A stretch of DNA of 64,000 bases from a virus. The notes beneath the pieces are model-generated. The model did no database searches and was not told the DNA's origin. It saw only the letters and a program-made list of their open reading frames with translations. The stretch covers positions 1 to 64,000 of the IMG/VR virus record IMGVR_UViG_3300045988_035487. The stretch is one strand, 5' to 3'. The translations under genes and the position numbers were made by a program. Each line of letters opens with the position of its first letter. Position 1 is the first letter of the stretch. Below are positions 46,634 through 57,102 of the stretch, piece after piece.

Positions 46634-47671
46634 ATGGTCGAAACTGTGGCATTGCTTACTGACGGTGAAGACGTCAAGGATACTGAATGGGCAGATTACA
46701 CTGCTGAAATGTATAGTAAAGGACACTCGTTCTTTACTTATATGTCCGATAGTCCTGATTCCTTATCTTCCTGTTGCAGACTTCGTAATGAGGTTACTGA
46801 TAATCAATTCAGTTATTCTCTTGGAGCTGGTGGTATTGCTACTGGTAGTAAGTCAGTAATGACCTTAAATATCAATAGGTTAGTTCAGGATGCAGTTAAT
46901 AATGGATATGATATGATTGAGTATTTGCGTGAGAATGTGAAGAAAGTTCATAAGTTCCAAACAGCATATAATGAATTGCTTAAAGACTATTTAAAAGACG
47001 GGTTGCTTACTGTATATACAGCTGGATTCATTGATATGAAGAAGCAGTATTTGACTATAGGTGTTAATGGAGTTATTGAGGCTGCGGAGTTCTTAGGAAT
47101 CCCAGTTAATGATAATCCAACTTATAGAGAGTTTATGCAATCTATCCTTAAAACTATCAGTGATGAAAATCGTAAAGCGAGAACTAAGGAGTTAATGTTT
47201 AACACAGAATTTGTTCCAGCAGAGAACCTTGGGGTTAAACATGCTAATTGGGACAGGAAAGCAGGTTATGTAGTTCCTAGAGATTGCTATAATAGCTATT
47301 TCTATGCTGTTGAAGACACATCTCTTACCGTACTTGACAAGTTCAAATTACATGGCAAGGAATATGTACAATACTTAGACGGAGGTAGTGCATTGCATAT
47401 GAATCTCGATGAACATCTTAGTAAGGAACAGTATCGTAACTTGTTGAGAGTGGCAGCAGTCAATGGTACTAATTATTTCACATTTAATATTCCAAATACT
47501 ATTTGTAATGATTGTGGACATATTGATAAGAGGTATCTCAAGGAATGTCCAAAATGTGGGAGTAAGAACGTTGATTATGCTACTAGAGTTATTGGTTATT
47601 TGAAACGTATTAGTAACTTTAGCCAAGCAAGGCAAGAGGAAGCTAGTAGAAGATTTTATACTCATGCTTAA
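46634..47671 (+). CDS. nrdD: anaerobic ribonucleoside-triphosphate reductase NrdD, C-terminal part (glycyl-radical domain)
   Basis: SSCCRL motif, C-terminal Zn site CNDCGH...CPKCGS, and glycyl radical motif RVIGYL. Confidence 0.7.
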   Translation: MVETVALLTDGEDVKDTEWADYTAEMYSKGHSFFTYMSDSPDSLSSCCRLRNEVTDNQFSYSLGAGGIATGSKSVMTLNINRLVQDAVNNGYDMIEYLRENVKKVHKFQTAYNELLKDYLKDGLLTVYTAGFIDMKKQYLTIGVNGVIEAAEFLGIPVNDNPTYREFMQSILKTISDENRKARTKELMFNTEFVPAENLGVKHANWDRKAGYVVPRDCYNSYFYAVEDTSLTVLDKFKLHGKEYVQYLDGGSALHMNLDEHLSKEQYRNLLRVAAVNGTNYFTFNIPNTICNDCGHIDKRYLKECPKCGSKNVDYATRVIGYLKRISNFSQARQEEASRRFYTHA

Positions 47672-48245
47672 ATATGTAGGTTTCGATATAGTCTTCAGGG
47701 AAATTCCTGATGAGACTACACTAGCCATAAACATATCCAATTGTCCATGTCATTGTAAGGGCTGTCATAGCTCTTACTTGGCAGGAGACGTTGGGGAAGT
47801 CCTGACTATTACTAGAATAGAGAAACTTATTAATGAGAATAAGGGAATTACTGCCATTTGCTTTATGGGTGGCGATAACGACCCTAAGCTCATTAATCAC
47901 TATGCTGGATTAGTAAGGACGTTAACTACCACTAAAACGGCTGATAAGTTTACTATTCATAAGGAAATTAGGTTTCCCAAAGTAACCATTCCTGCCGAAA
48001 CAGAAATGGAATGGCAGCAAACAGTACCACTTGATATAAAGATTGGGTGGTATAGTGGTAGAGCTACATTGGCAGATGAAATTGATTTGTACAATTTCGA
48101 TTACATCAAGTTAGGACCTTACATAGAGGAATGTGGACCACTTGATAATCCAAATACCAATCAGAGATTATATAAAACGATAATGACTGATGACGGTCCT
48201 AAATTAAAGGATATTACCTTTAGATTTTGGAATAGAGAACTATGA
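47664..48245 (+). CDS. nrdG: anaerobic RNR activating protein NrdG (radical SAM)
   Basis: Radical SAM cluster motif CPCHCKGCHS. Adjacent to nrdD. Confidence 0.7.
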   Translation: MLKYVGFDIVFREIPDETTLAINISNCPCHCKGCHSSYLAGDVGEVLTITRIEKLINENKGITAICFMGGDNDPKLINHYAGLVRTLTTTKTADKFTIHKEIRFPKVTIPAETEMEWQQTVPLDIKIGWYSGRATLADEIDLYNFDYIKLGPYIEECGPLDNPNTNQRLYKTIMTDDGPKLKDITFRFWNREL

Positions 48246-49606
48246 GTACAATAGCTTGGTCAGACGAACAGCTATATGCTATAGATAGAATGATTAGGTT
48301 TTTAGATAGTCCAGATAGGATATTAGTTCTTACTGGCTATGCAGGAGTAGGTAAGACAGCTGTTATGAATGAATTTGTACAATATCTAGATAGTACTAGA
48401 GGTTGTGGATTCTTTAAGTTGTGTGCTCCTACTCATAAAGCTAAAGCAGTACTTGAAATGGCTACCGGCTACAGAGCTACTACATTACATAAACTGCTAG
48501 CACTTTCCCCTAAACTGGATATATTTAATTTAGACTATAAAGACTTGAAGTTCTATTCCGATGGTATGGGAGACATTCCAAACAAAGGACTAATAATCAT
48601 TGATGAGGCATCTATGGTTAGTGATGAACTTTATGATTTACTTGTAGACTATTGTGAAACACATCAGTGCAAAATCTTATTTATAGGGGATGTTGCACAG
48701 ATTGCCCCAGTTAAGAACGGAGGTCTTAGTAAAGTGTTTAGTCATGAAAATGTTGTCCGTCTAACCAAGATATTTAGGCAAGACGAGAATACAGCATTAG
48801 CACCAATATTATTAACATTAAGAGAGAATCCTATATCTAAATTCGAAACTCGAATGGGAGAGAAGGGTTCTCTCATTTGTTATAATGACACTAAGCAGTT
48901 TATGGTTGATGCAGCTAATAAGATTAATCATGGAATAAAGCATAATGATGTAAATTATACTAAGCTGATAGCTTATACTAATAAGCGAGTTAAAGGATTC
49001 AATGATTGTATACGCAGAATACTATACAATGACAATGAACCTTATCATAAATTCGAGTTTCTAACTGGCTGTGAGAACTTTGAATATAATGGAGAAATGT
49101 TCTTTAACTCTTCAGACTATATAATTACAAGCATTAGAAGAACCACTAGGAATGTACCTCATTTTACTAGACTTCCAGGGTTCGAATTGGGATTATATGA
49201 TAGCGTTGATAGACGGCTATTAGACGTATTCATAATAGACCCAACAGACATAAATCCAGACTACCTGCAAACTTTGGCACAACAGATTGAGTCTATAAGG
49301 CTAGATGCTATACAGGCGAAAAGGTGGGGTAATAGAACTAAATCTGGATATTTATGGGGTAAGTATTTTGACATGACTAAGTCCTTTGCAACCCCAGTAC
49401 CACTGTTATTTGATAATAGAGTAATTAAGCCACAAACTTTTGATTATGGATACGCTATAACAGCACATAGGAGTCAAGGCAGCTCTTACAATAATGTGTT
49501 TGTAGATACCGGTAATCTTAAGTTGGATAGAGACTTATTAGAACTACGACAGCTTCAATATGTATCTTTATCAAGAACTAAAACAGATGCTTATGTATTG
49601 ACTTAA
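48242..49606 (+). CDS. Dda/RecD-like SF1 DNA helicase
   Basis: Motif I LTGYAGVGKTAV. Motif II IIIDEASMV. C-terminus TAHRSQGSSY. Confidence 0.75.
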   Translation: MSTIAWSDEQLYAIDRMIRFLDSPDRILVLTGYAGVGKTAVMNEFVQYLDSTRGCGFFKLCAPTHKAKAVLEMATGYRATTLHKLLALSPKLDIFNLDYKDLKFYSDGMGDIPNKGLIIIDEASMVSDELYDLLVDYCETHQCKILFIGDVAQIAPVKNGGLSKVFSHENVVRLTKIFRQDENTALAPILLTLRENPISKFETRMGEKGSLICYNDTKQFMVDAANKINHGIKHNDVNYTKLIAYTNKRVKGFNDCIRRILYNDNEPYHKFEFLTGCENFEYNGEMFFNSSDYIITSIRRTTRNVPHFTRLPGFELGLYDSVDRRLLDVFIIDPTDINPDYLQTLAQQIESIRLDAIQAKRWGNRTKSGYLWGKYFDMTKSFATPVPLLFDNRVIKPQTFDYGYAITAHRSQGSSYNNVFVDTGNLKLDRDLLELRQLQYVSLSRTKTDAYVLT

Positions 49607-49611
49607 TACCT

Positions 49612-50010
49612 ATGAATTACTCAGATTTTGTAAACGAAGCTCTATGTAGAGGATTTGAACATCCAGAACGATTATACATGGTAGCTTATAAACTAGACAT
49701 GCCAGAAGTATACACTCTTTGTACAGAGGAAGAGAGCATATGGCCAGGAATATATGAATATCATATAAATGGTAAGATATTCTACATATTAACTGAACAT
49801 GAGGCATGTAGAATCGTTGATAACTATCGTAGAATGTTAGCTAGCAAATTAGCTGACCAGTCGATAGATAATGCCATTACTAGAATCACTGATGAGGAAA
49901 TGGCAGCAGCTTACTATAATGACATATTTGATGTATTTGATGTTGTTCAAGAAGTAGAGCTGGAACTAGATGGAATATTATTTCCTAAATACTATATTGT
50001 TGAATGCTAA
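49612..50010 (+). CDS. hypothetical protein
   Basis: 132-aa ORF. Confidence 0.45.
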   Translation: MNYSDFVNEALCRGFEHPERLYMVAYKLDMPEVYTLCTEEESIWPGIYEYHINGKIFYILTEHEACRIVDNYRRMLASKLADQSIDNAITRITDEEMAAAYYNDIFDVFDVVQEVELELDGILFPKYYIVEC

Positions 50011-50528
50011 CATTTAAGTATGTTTATGATAGCCAACGTCCTGATGCATTTAAGGACGCACTATCAACAATGAACGGTTACGTATTTAATTTTGAAACTT
50101 ATGACGTGAATCATTATAAGGAACGTAAGAAGGCTTTCAAGATTAAAGGGAGCTGTAGTGCTAGAGAGAATCCTTTCTTGGCTGTATATGATGATAACGA
50201 TACATTAATCAAAGCTTTCTATACAGAAGCTGGTGAATGTAATGCAAATCATGTACATACTTGGCTGCAAGACTACTTTGCTACCAATGGTAAGAAGGGC
50301 TTTATGACTATCACCAAAGTGTTGGGAACCAATAACGTTAGAATTGAAGAAGGTCATAAGGAGTCTGGATATACTAAAGCATTTATAGAAGGTGCTCCTT
50401 TAGAACTTAATTCGAATGATAGATGGTTCAAGACATCTAATGTAATTGAGATTGATTGGGAGAATAAAAGATTCACAACTATAAACTCAATTTATTCATT
50501 CAAATTCAATGAAAGTTCAAGTAATTAA
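50004..50528 (+). CDS. hypothetical protein
   Basis: 174-aa ORF. Confidence 0.45.
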   Translation: MLTFKYVYDSQRPDAFKDALSTMNGYVFNFETYDVNHYKERKKAFKIKGSCSARENPFLAVYDDNDTLIKAFYTEAGECNANHVHTWLQDYFATNGKKGFMTITKVLGTNNVRIEEGHKESGYTKAFIEGAPLELNSNDRWFKTSNVIEIDWENKRFTTINSIYSFKFNESSSN

Positions 50529-51039
50529 TCTATCGGATAACAAACTTCCCCAGTATGAAACTCCTATGTCAGCAGGTATGGATATACGTGCAGACTTCAG
50601 TAGAGTAACAGTTGACAATCCTATTAAAGCTTATGGTGATTGCGAAGTTATATTTGCATCACCTAAGATGGACGGTAATAAAGTAACTATGCTTCGTCTT
50701 GACCCAGGAGCTAGAGCACTTATCCCAACTGGACTGAGAATTGCTCTTCCGGAACCTAAAGATGGATTAGTACCTAAATGTCTAGTGCAGCCTAGGAGTG
50801 GATTGGCTCTTAAGAAGGGAATTACTGTGCTTAACACACCTGGGTTAGTGGATGCAGATTTTAGAGATGAAATACATGTCATTCTTATCAATAATGGGCA
50901 TGAGGCAGTATGGATTGAGGACAAGGAACGCATTGCACAACTAGTCTTCGGATGGGCTGCTAAGGTTGAATGGGAAGAAGTTGCTAGATTAGATGAAACA
51001 GAGCGTAAAGGTGGATTTGGGCATACCGGTGAGAAATGA
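50509..51039 (+). CDS. dut: dUTP diphosphatase (dUTPase)
   Basis: Motifs [33 protein letters not shown] and GGFGHTG. Confidence 0.8.
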   Translation: MKVQVINLSDNKLPQYETPMSAGMDIRADFSRVTVDNPIKAYGDCEVIFASPKMDGNKVTMLRLDPGARALIPTGLRIALPEPKDGLVPKCLVQPRSGLALKKGITVLNTPGLVDADFRDEIHVILINNGHEAVWIEDKERIAQLVFGWAAKVEWEEVARLDETERKGGFGHTGEK

Positions 51040-51257
51040 TAAGTACAGTAGAAGTAATCGAGAAGAGTAAAGCCATATCCGACATAGGATTGGAAATCCA
51101 GACACTTAATAATGCCTATGCTAATCATGCTAAGGCGATGAGTGAGACTATGGAGAAGATTAAGGAATTGAAAGCTAAACAGGATGAATTGGCTAGAAAC
51201 CTTATTCAAGAGTGTAATAAACCTTTAACTGTAGATGATTTAGACACTGACGTATAA
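51036..51257 (+). CDS. hypothetical protein
   Basis: 73-aa ORF. Confidence 0.4.
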   Translation: MISTVEVIEKSKAISDIGLEIQTLNNAYANHAKAMSETMEKIKELKAKQDELARNLIQECNKPLTVDDLDTDV

Positions 51258-51419
51258 AACAACAAATTATGAATTACGAAGAATTTGTAGAAACCATTGA
51301 GAAAGACGCTGAACAGTATGCTAAATCTTGCGTGTGTGATGCAGATGAACATGACGATGCAGTGGAAGCAATTGCCGCAGATTATATCGAAGGTGCAATG
51401 AGGGCTTTTGAAATCTTAA

Positions 51420-52628
51420 ATGGATAAATTAGTAACTAAAGACAACAAGGGTAAAACTAGAGTAGTCGAGATTAGTTGCGAATGGGATGACGCTCAACAT
51501 GGCTTTGTTATAAGAAGAAAGACTTATCAGTATGGTGGCAAAGTAACTGTGCAGCCAGAGATATGGATATTTCAAGGCAAAGCCAAAAGGACTGTTGCAG
51601 AACAGGCTAAGTTAGAGTATAATTCTCATCTAAAGAAGTATGCAGATAAGGGTTATAAGCTACTTCCGTCCTCTGTTAACATAGAGGATGCGAAGGCAGT
51701 TGCAGCATTTGTTGAAGAACACCTAGGTGAGGGTGTTACTGATTCAAATGGATTTAAGAAGCATATGAAAGCCAAGAAGTACGAGGAGGTAGCTACTAAG
51801 GTATTTGATAAAATCAAGTACTGGCTAGGTTCTCGTAAGATAGACGGTGTCAGATGTTCTTTCTATCTAAAGGACGGAGAGATAGTATCTGCTAGTCGGG
51901 GAGGTGGCGATTATGACGCTTCTACAGTACACCTAAGAACACATCCCAAGATGATAGAGTTATTTAATAAGATGCCAGATTTGGTTCTCGATGGTGAACT
52001 TTACATTCATGGTCGGAGCTTGCAGTATATAAGTGGTACAGCAAGATTAGAATCTGGAGAATCACGCTGTAATGAGTTGGAATATTATATCTATGATACC
52101 ATGGATGCTAATATGACAGCACAGGAAAGGTGGAATTATATATCTGACGAAATAGCTCCTATACTTGGAATTGTGGATTTTGACCCTAATGCTAATTGGA
52201 ATGAAGATGACCTGAAGGTTAGAATAGTTCCAGAAGAGGAAGTAGTAGGGTGGACTAACATTCAGAAGCTTCATGATAAATATGTCAGTGAAGGGTTTGA
52301 AGGTATAGTTATTAGAGACCCGGACAAACCATATAACTATGGAGGACGTACTAATGCCATGATTAAAGTCAAAATGTATCAAGACGACGAGTTCGAGATT
52401 GTTGGCTATAGTGACGGATTACGTCCTGAAGATATGGTGTTCATATGTAAGACTCAGGCTGGTAAGGAATTTGAAGCCAAGCCTATGGGACCTAGAGAAC
52501 TTAAGTATGAATATCTAGACAGAATGGATGAACTTATCGGTAAAATGGCTACTGTCAAGTATTTCTACTACTCTGACGATGGCAGACCATTACAACCAGT
52601 ACTTAAATGCATCCGAGACTATGAATAA
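51420..52628 (+). CDS. ATP-dependent DNA ligase
   Basis: Motif I KIDGVRC. Motif III LDGELYIHG. Motif IV EGIVIRD. Motif V MIKVK. OB-like C-terminus. Confidence 0.7.
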   Translation: MDKLVTKDNKGKTRVVEISCEWDDAQHGFVIRRKTYQYGGKVTVQPEIWIFQGKAKRTVAEQAKLEYNSHLKKYADKGYKLLPSSVNIEDAKAVAAFVEEHLGEGVTDSNGFKKHMKAKKYEEVATKVFDKIKYWLGSRKIDGVRCSFYLKDGEIVSASRGGGDYDASTVHLRTHPKMIELFNKMPDLVLDGELYIHGRSLQYISGTARLESGESRCNELEYYIYDTMDANMTAQERWNYISDEIAPILGIVDFDPNANWNEDDLKVRIVPEEEVVGWTNIQKLHDKYVSEGFEGIVIRDPDKPYNYGGRTNAMIKVKMYQDDEFEIVGYSDGLRPEDMVFICKTQAGKEFEAKPMGPRELKYEYLDRMDELIGKMATVKYFYYSDDGRPLQPVLKCIRDYE

Positions 52629-52630
52629 GT

Positions 52631-52882
52631 ATGAATTACATTGTAGTATATAGGCAGCAAGGCGAACCTAAAATGGAGTTCTTTAAATATCGCGACGAAT
52701 CAGACGTTGCATATAAAAGAAGTACATTAATTAGGAATGAAGATGATGTGATTGATATTATGCGAAAGTATTATCAACCAGATGATGATATCTTTGTTAT
52801 TAGAGAAACACTATTAAATGTAGATGATTTCTCTGATGCAGAGTTAATTAAAATACTATCTAATGCATTGATGTATCTGTGA
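52631..52882 (+). CDS. hypothetical protein
   Basis: 83-aa ORF. Confidence 0.4.
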   Translation: MNYIVVYRQQGEPKMEFFKYRDESDVAYKRSTLIRNEDDVIDIMRKYYQPDDDIFVIRETLLNVDDFSDAELIKILSNALMYL

Positions 52883-53076
52883 TTAACAAAACTTCAATAT
52901 CTATAAGCGCTAAGGTGGCAGACTTATTGACTTCTCTGGTAGGGAATACTCTATCAGAGGAGGATAAAAGTCAGCTATACGAAACTGTATTTGATTTCTA
53001 TAGAGACCTTCTTAGAGGTTATGACAGTGAGACTATCAATGAAATTCAAGAACAACTAAAAGGTGTAATATGGTAA
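52879..53076 (+). CDS. hypothetical protein
   Basis: 65-aa ORF. Confidence 0.35.
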   Translation: MINKTSISISAKVADLLTSLVGNTLSEEDKSQLYETVFDFYRDLLRGYDSETINEIQEQLKGVIW

Positions 53077-53372
53077 AAGGGAACTTTATAGAAGTAGTAA
53101 ATTCATTGGAAGCTATCAACTCCAAATGTTTCAAATTGTCTGAAATGGGAATTGATATTGCCGACAGTGATATAGTCAGTAATGCTGAATGTATAGCCAT
53201 GGCTATATTTAAGGAGAACTATACTGACGAAGGCATAGACTGGATTATGTGGTGGGTTTACGAGAAAGCCGGAGACCCAGATATAAAAGCCTATGACGAA
53301 GAGGGTAAAGAAATTATAAGCACATTGGATGAGCTTTACGAATATGTTGAATCATCCTACAAGATTGTTTAA
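53070..53372 (+). CDS. hypothetical acidic protein
   Basis: 100-aa ORF. Confidence 0.45.
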   Translation: MVKGNFIEVVNSLEAINSKCFKLSEMGIDIADSDIVSNAECIAMAIFKENYTDEGIDWIMWWVYEKAGDPDIKAYDEEGKEIISTLDELYEYVESSYKIV

Positions 53373-53389
53373 TTTTAATTTATAAGATT

Positions 53390-53593
53390 ATGAACGAGAC
53401 ATTTGACTTTGGAGAAGCTCTATCTATGATGAGAGCAGGTATGACAGTTATCAACTTAAGTAAGAGACGTTACAGAATGAAGGAAGGCAATATCATCTGT
53501 CTTCCCATAGCTGGTTCTAACCAGTACTACGTTGTTACTAAGTGGTTTCCTGATGCCATTTTAAGTCAAGATTGGAGTCTAGCTGAAGATTAG
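53390..53593 (+). CDS. hypothetical protein
   Basis: 67-aa ORF. Confidence 0.4.
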   Translation: MNETFDFGEALSMMRAGMTVINLSKRRYRMKEGNIICLPIAGSNQYYVVTKWFPDAILSQDWSLAED

Positions 53594-53620
53594 CTGTAAG
53601 CAATTATTGACTAGTTTTGA

Positions 53621-55009
53621 ATGCAATTAAATCAATCACCTAAAATCAATATTAACTATTGTGCTAAGATTGTGGAAATCCACGATTTTACACCACACCC
53701 AAACCCTAAGTGCGAGCGTCTTAAATGTGCTCATATAGACGGATATACTATTTCGGTCAGTAAAGATACAGAACCTGGAATGTATGTATATTTCCCTATA
53801 GGATGTGCTATTGACTATTCTTTCTTGTCAGCTAATAATCAGTTCAGACATGTCGAGCTGAATGCTGACAAGGAAGCAGCACCTGGGTATTTCGAAGATA
53901 ACGGAAGAGTGAAGATTATTAAGTTGCAGGGCCATGTTTCAGAAGGATTTATTATGTCTATAGAGTCCATTACTAAATGGATAAGCTCTCTTGGACATAC
54001 CGAAGCTGTAACTGGAATAGATGCCGGCACTGAATTTGATAGGGTAGGAAACCTGTTTATTTGTAAGAAGTACGTAGTAAAGAATAGAACTTCTGGCTCT
54101 AATAATAAAACTAGAACTGGTAAGCAGCCTAAAGGGTTGAGCAAGTTAGTTGACAATCAGTTTAGATTCCACTACGATACTATTCTTATTAAGAAGTGTC
54201 CACGGATAATTAAGCCAAATGATATTATTAGTATTACTAGTAAGGTCCATGGCACGTCTGGAATATCAGCAGATGTGTTGTGCAAAAGGCAATTGAAGTG
54301 GAAAGACAAGGTGGCTGGTTGGCTTACCTATGTGCCTGACACTGCGTATGACTATCTGTGGTCCTCTAGAAAGGTAGTAAAGAACCAATATTATAATAAG
54401 GAAGTTAGTGAAGGTTACTACGGCTGTGATGTGTGGGGAGAAGCTCATAAAGTATTACAGCCATTTTTAACTAAAGGATTAACTCTCTATTATGAAATTA
54501 TAGGCTGGCTTCCTACTGGAGGAGCAATTCAGTCAATGGGAGGTAAAGCTTATGATTATGGTTACGATATGCCAATATACGACCCTACTACTCAAACTAC
54601 TCCATATAAGTATAATGTGCATTTTGGTATCAGAGTGTACCGTATTACTTATACTAATCCTGACGGAATAGTGTATGAATTTAGTGCTAGACAAGTGCAA
54701 CAATGGTGTAAAGATAAGGGCCTCACTCCGGTAACAGAACTATATTATGGATATGCGAAGGATTTATATCCGGATATATCTGTATCTGAACACTGGAATG
54801 AGAATTTCATACAAAGATTAGCCGAGGACAAGAATTTCTTCATGGAAGAACTATCTCCAGAATGTCACAATGATGTGCCACATGAAGGTATAGTAATTCG
54901 TATAGAAGACGGTTTGTCTGGGGCATATAAGTTAAAATGTAATAGATTCTTATTTGCAGAATCTAAAGCATTAGATAAAGGTGAAGTTGATATAGAATCT
55001 GACCAATGA
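53621..55009 (+). CDS. RNA ligase (Rnl2-like nucleotidyltransferase) with N-terminal extension
   Basis: Motif I KVHGTSG (compare T4 Rnl2 KIHGTN). Motif IV EGIVIRIEDG. Motif V AYKLKCNRF. Confidence 0.5.
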   Translation: MQLNQSPKININYCAKIVEIHDFTPHPNPKCERLKCAHIDGYTISVSKDTEPGMYVYFPIGCAIDYSFLSANNQFRHVELNADKEAAPGYFEDNGRVKIIKLQGHVSEGFIMSIESITKWISSLGHTEAVTGIDAGTEFDRVGNLFICKKYVVKNRTSGSNNKTRTGKQPKGLSKLVDNQFRFHYDTILIKKCPRIIKPNDIISITSKVHGTSGISADVLCKRQLKWKDKVAGWLTYVPDTAYDYLWSSRKVVKNQYYNKEVSEGYYGCDVWGEAHKVLQPFLTKGLTLYYEIIGWLPTGGAIQSMGGKAYDYGYDMPIYDPTTQTTPYKYNVHFGIRVYRITYTNPDGIVYEFSARQVQQWCKDKGLTPVTELYYGYAKDLYPDISVSEHWNENFIQRLAEDKNFFMEELSPECHNDVPHEGIVIRIEDGLSGAYKLKCNRFLFAESKALDKGEVDIESDQ

Positions 55010-55380
55010 ACAGGTATATTATAACTTGCATTAATGATTTTGAGACATATAGTGGATATGCTGCATACGCAGAGAGCTTGTTCGATGAAGACATGAACAA
55101 TGCAGCTGATGCATATGCTTTCGAAATCGCAGTTGGTATAGTTCCAGATTCGTTTATAGTTACTACAGAAGGTTATGAATATCATAACATGACTGAAGAA
55201 GCTATAAGACAGGTAGTTGATAGTATCGAGTGGGAAGATTACTACAACTATAAAATTACTCCTTATGAAGGAACAGATGAAGAATTTGATAAACTCATAT
55301 TAATATATGATGGAAGACTTAGACAAAGAAATTCGGACTTTAGAGTCGATGAAGGAGAAATTGAACCAGTTCAAGGCTGA
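55006..55380 (+). CDS. hypothetical acidic protein
   Basis: 124-aa ORF. Confidence 0.45.
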   Translation: MNRYIITCINDFETYSGYAAYAESLFDEDMNNAADAYAFEIAVGIVPDSFIVTTEGYEYHNMTEEAIRQVVDSIEWEDYYNYKITPYEGTDEEFDKLILIYDGRLRQRNSDFRVDEGEIEPVQG

Positions 55381-55699
55381 GTTCGCTAAAGAAATATTTA
55401 AGAAGGCAGACGAAGGAGCTATCTCTAAGGAGGTAGCTCTTGACCTGCTGACTGTCTATGACTTATTACCAATAGCTCCTTGGATAGAACTTCCTACTTT
55501 CATGGATAGCTATGATTACTTTGATAGGTATTCAACAATCAAGTATATGAACTGCTTAGACATAGCCGATTTCAAGGATGAAGATGGTAATGTATCACAG
55601 TATACCCAATTTCCTGACCTAACGTGGGATGAAGCTATTAATGAACTATATGAGTTCGTTAAAGAGAAGCAAGTAATTGGTTGTGTGTATGATTGGTGA
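55307..55699 (+). CDS. hypothetical protein
   Basis: 130-aa ORF overlapping the previous one. Start uncertain. Confidence 0.4.
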   Translation: MMEDLDKEIRTLESMKEKLNQFKAEFAKEIFKKADEGAISKEVALDLLTVYDLLPIAPWIELPTFMDSYDYFDRYSTIKYMNCLDIADFKDEDGNVSQYTQFPDLTWDEAINELYEFVKEKQVIGCVYDW

Positions 55700-56453
55700 T
55701 TTTAAATTTTATGAAGTAGGCGGTAAGATTAGAGATGAGTTCTTGGGTCTTATCAATAAGGATGTTGACTATGTAGCTGTGCCTACAGAGGCAGTCTATA
55801 AAAAAATTCACCCATGTGAAGCTCAGCTCAGTCCAGCCCAGCTAATGTTCAAAGCATTAAAGAGTTACTTAGAGGGGCAGAAGTTTGAAATCTTCTTAGT
55901 AACTCCAGAGTGCTACACTATACGTGCTAAATTCCCAGAAGGATATAAGTATCAAGGTGTAGCAGATTTTGTAATGGCTAGAAAGGAAGTAGGATATGTT
56001 CCAGGTACTAGGACTCCTATAGTAGAACCAGGAAATCTGTATGATGATTTATCACGCAGAGATTTCACTATCAATGCTATGGCTAAAGACCCCGATACTG
56101 GAGAAATCATTGACTACTTTTATGGTAAGCATGATATAACGAATGCTTTGATAAGAACTCCCCTCGACCCTGTAACAACATTCGATGATGACCCTCTTAG
56201 GATACTTAGAGCCATTAGGTTTGCGGTTACTAAGAGATTCACAATAGAGCAAACAACTTGGCAAGCTATGGTGTTATATGATTATGATTCTAAAATGCCA
56301 GTAGTGTCAGAGGAGAGAATTAGAGAGGAACTGATTAAGTGTTTTAGATGCAATACCATTAGAACCTTAACATATCTTGATTACCTTCCAAGACTTAGAG
56401 ATTATATCTTTAGTAAGACCAATTTATGGCTTAAGCCAACTAACGAGAAATGA
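55677..56453 (+). CDS. cca: tRNA nucleotidyltransferase (CCA-adding enzyme family), minimal head/neck form
   Basis: GGKIRDEFLG...DVDYV (GGxVRD...DxD), RRDFTINAM and DPLRILRAIRFA are class II CCA/poly(A) polymerase signatures. Confidence 0.75.
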   Translation: MVVCMIGDFKFYEVGGKIRDEFLGLINKDVDYVAVPTEAVYKKIHPCEAQLSPAQLMFKALKSYLEGQKFEIFLVTPECYTIRAKFPEGYKYQGVADFVMARKEVGYVPGTRTPIVEPGNLYDDLSRRDFTINAMAKDPDTGEIIDYFYGKHDITNALIRTPLDPVTTFDDDPLRILRAIRFAVTKRFTIEQTTWQAMVLYDYDSKMPVVSEERIREELIKCFRCNTIRTLTYLDYLPRLRDYIFSKTNLWLKPTNEK

Positions 56454-56848
56454 GTAGTTATTTATCATTTTACTTAGTGCCTAGGGCACATCCGGAAGAG
56501 AAGTTGCTACTTCAATCTTTCAGCAGGTCTAACGAGGTATATCAGAGATTCTCTGACAATCTCAATATAGCATATGCTGGTAATGAGGAGAAGTATACTA
56601 AACTCACTATTAGTGATGTTGAATCAGTAATTCAAGACATTGATGCTGACATTACTAAAGCAGAAACGAGACGTACAGAATATGAGAAGTTCTGTTACGG
56701 TAATCCTGAATCTATAGAGGAGATAATATCCACTAAAGAGTATATACGAGATTTACAAAGCACAAGAGATTATATATCGTTTATACGGGACGTTTTAACT
56801 GATTTAGATTATAGTGGATTCAGTGATGTCCTATGTAATATTGATTGA
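56450..56848 (+). CDS. hypothetical protein
   Basis: 132-aa ORF. Confidence 0.45.
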   Translation: MSSYLSFYLVPRAHPEEKLLLQSFSRSNEVYQRFSDNLNIAYAGNEEKYTKLTISDVESVIQDIDADITKAETRRTEYEKFCYGNPESIEEIISTKEYIRDLQSTRDYISFIRDVLTDLDYSGFSDVLCNID

Positions 56849-57102
56849 TGGAAACATTTGAGTTCTTAGTAACATCAACAGCAATGGTAACGCTTCAAGA
56901 GCATATAAAGATACAAGCTCAAGATTTAGACGATGCCATTGCAAAGATAGAAGATAGAGATTACTATGAGGAAGATGGAGAAATTATAGGCAAAGAGTAT
57001 GAAATCATTGATTATGATAAGGTACATGAGATAGCTGACTGGAAAGATGTTGTCAAATCTAAACCTAAATCTGAAGAATCTTTATGGACAAGCGAGTATT
57101 AA
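56845..57102 (+). CDS. hypothetical acidic protein
   Basis: 85-aa ORF. Confidence 0.4.
   Translation: MMETFEFLVTSTAMVTLQEHIKIQAQDLDDAIAKIEDRDYYEEDGEIIGKEYEIIDYDKVHEIADWKDVVKSKPKSEESLWTSEY

Noticed and set aside
44600-47671. Intein in NrdD
   Set aside because: The inserted HNH ORF is in a different frame and is bounded by stop codons and about 320 nt of non-coding sequence. An intein would be in-frame and contiguous.
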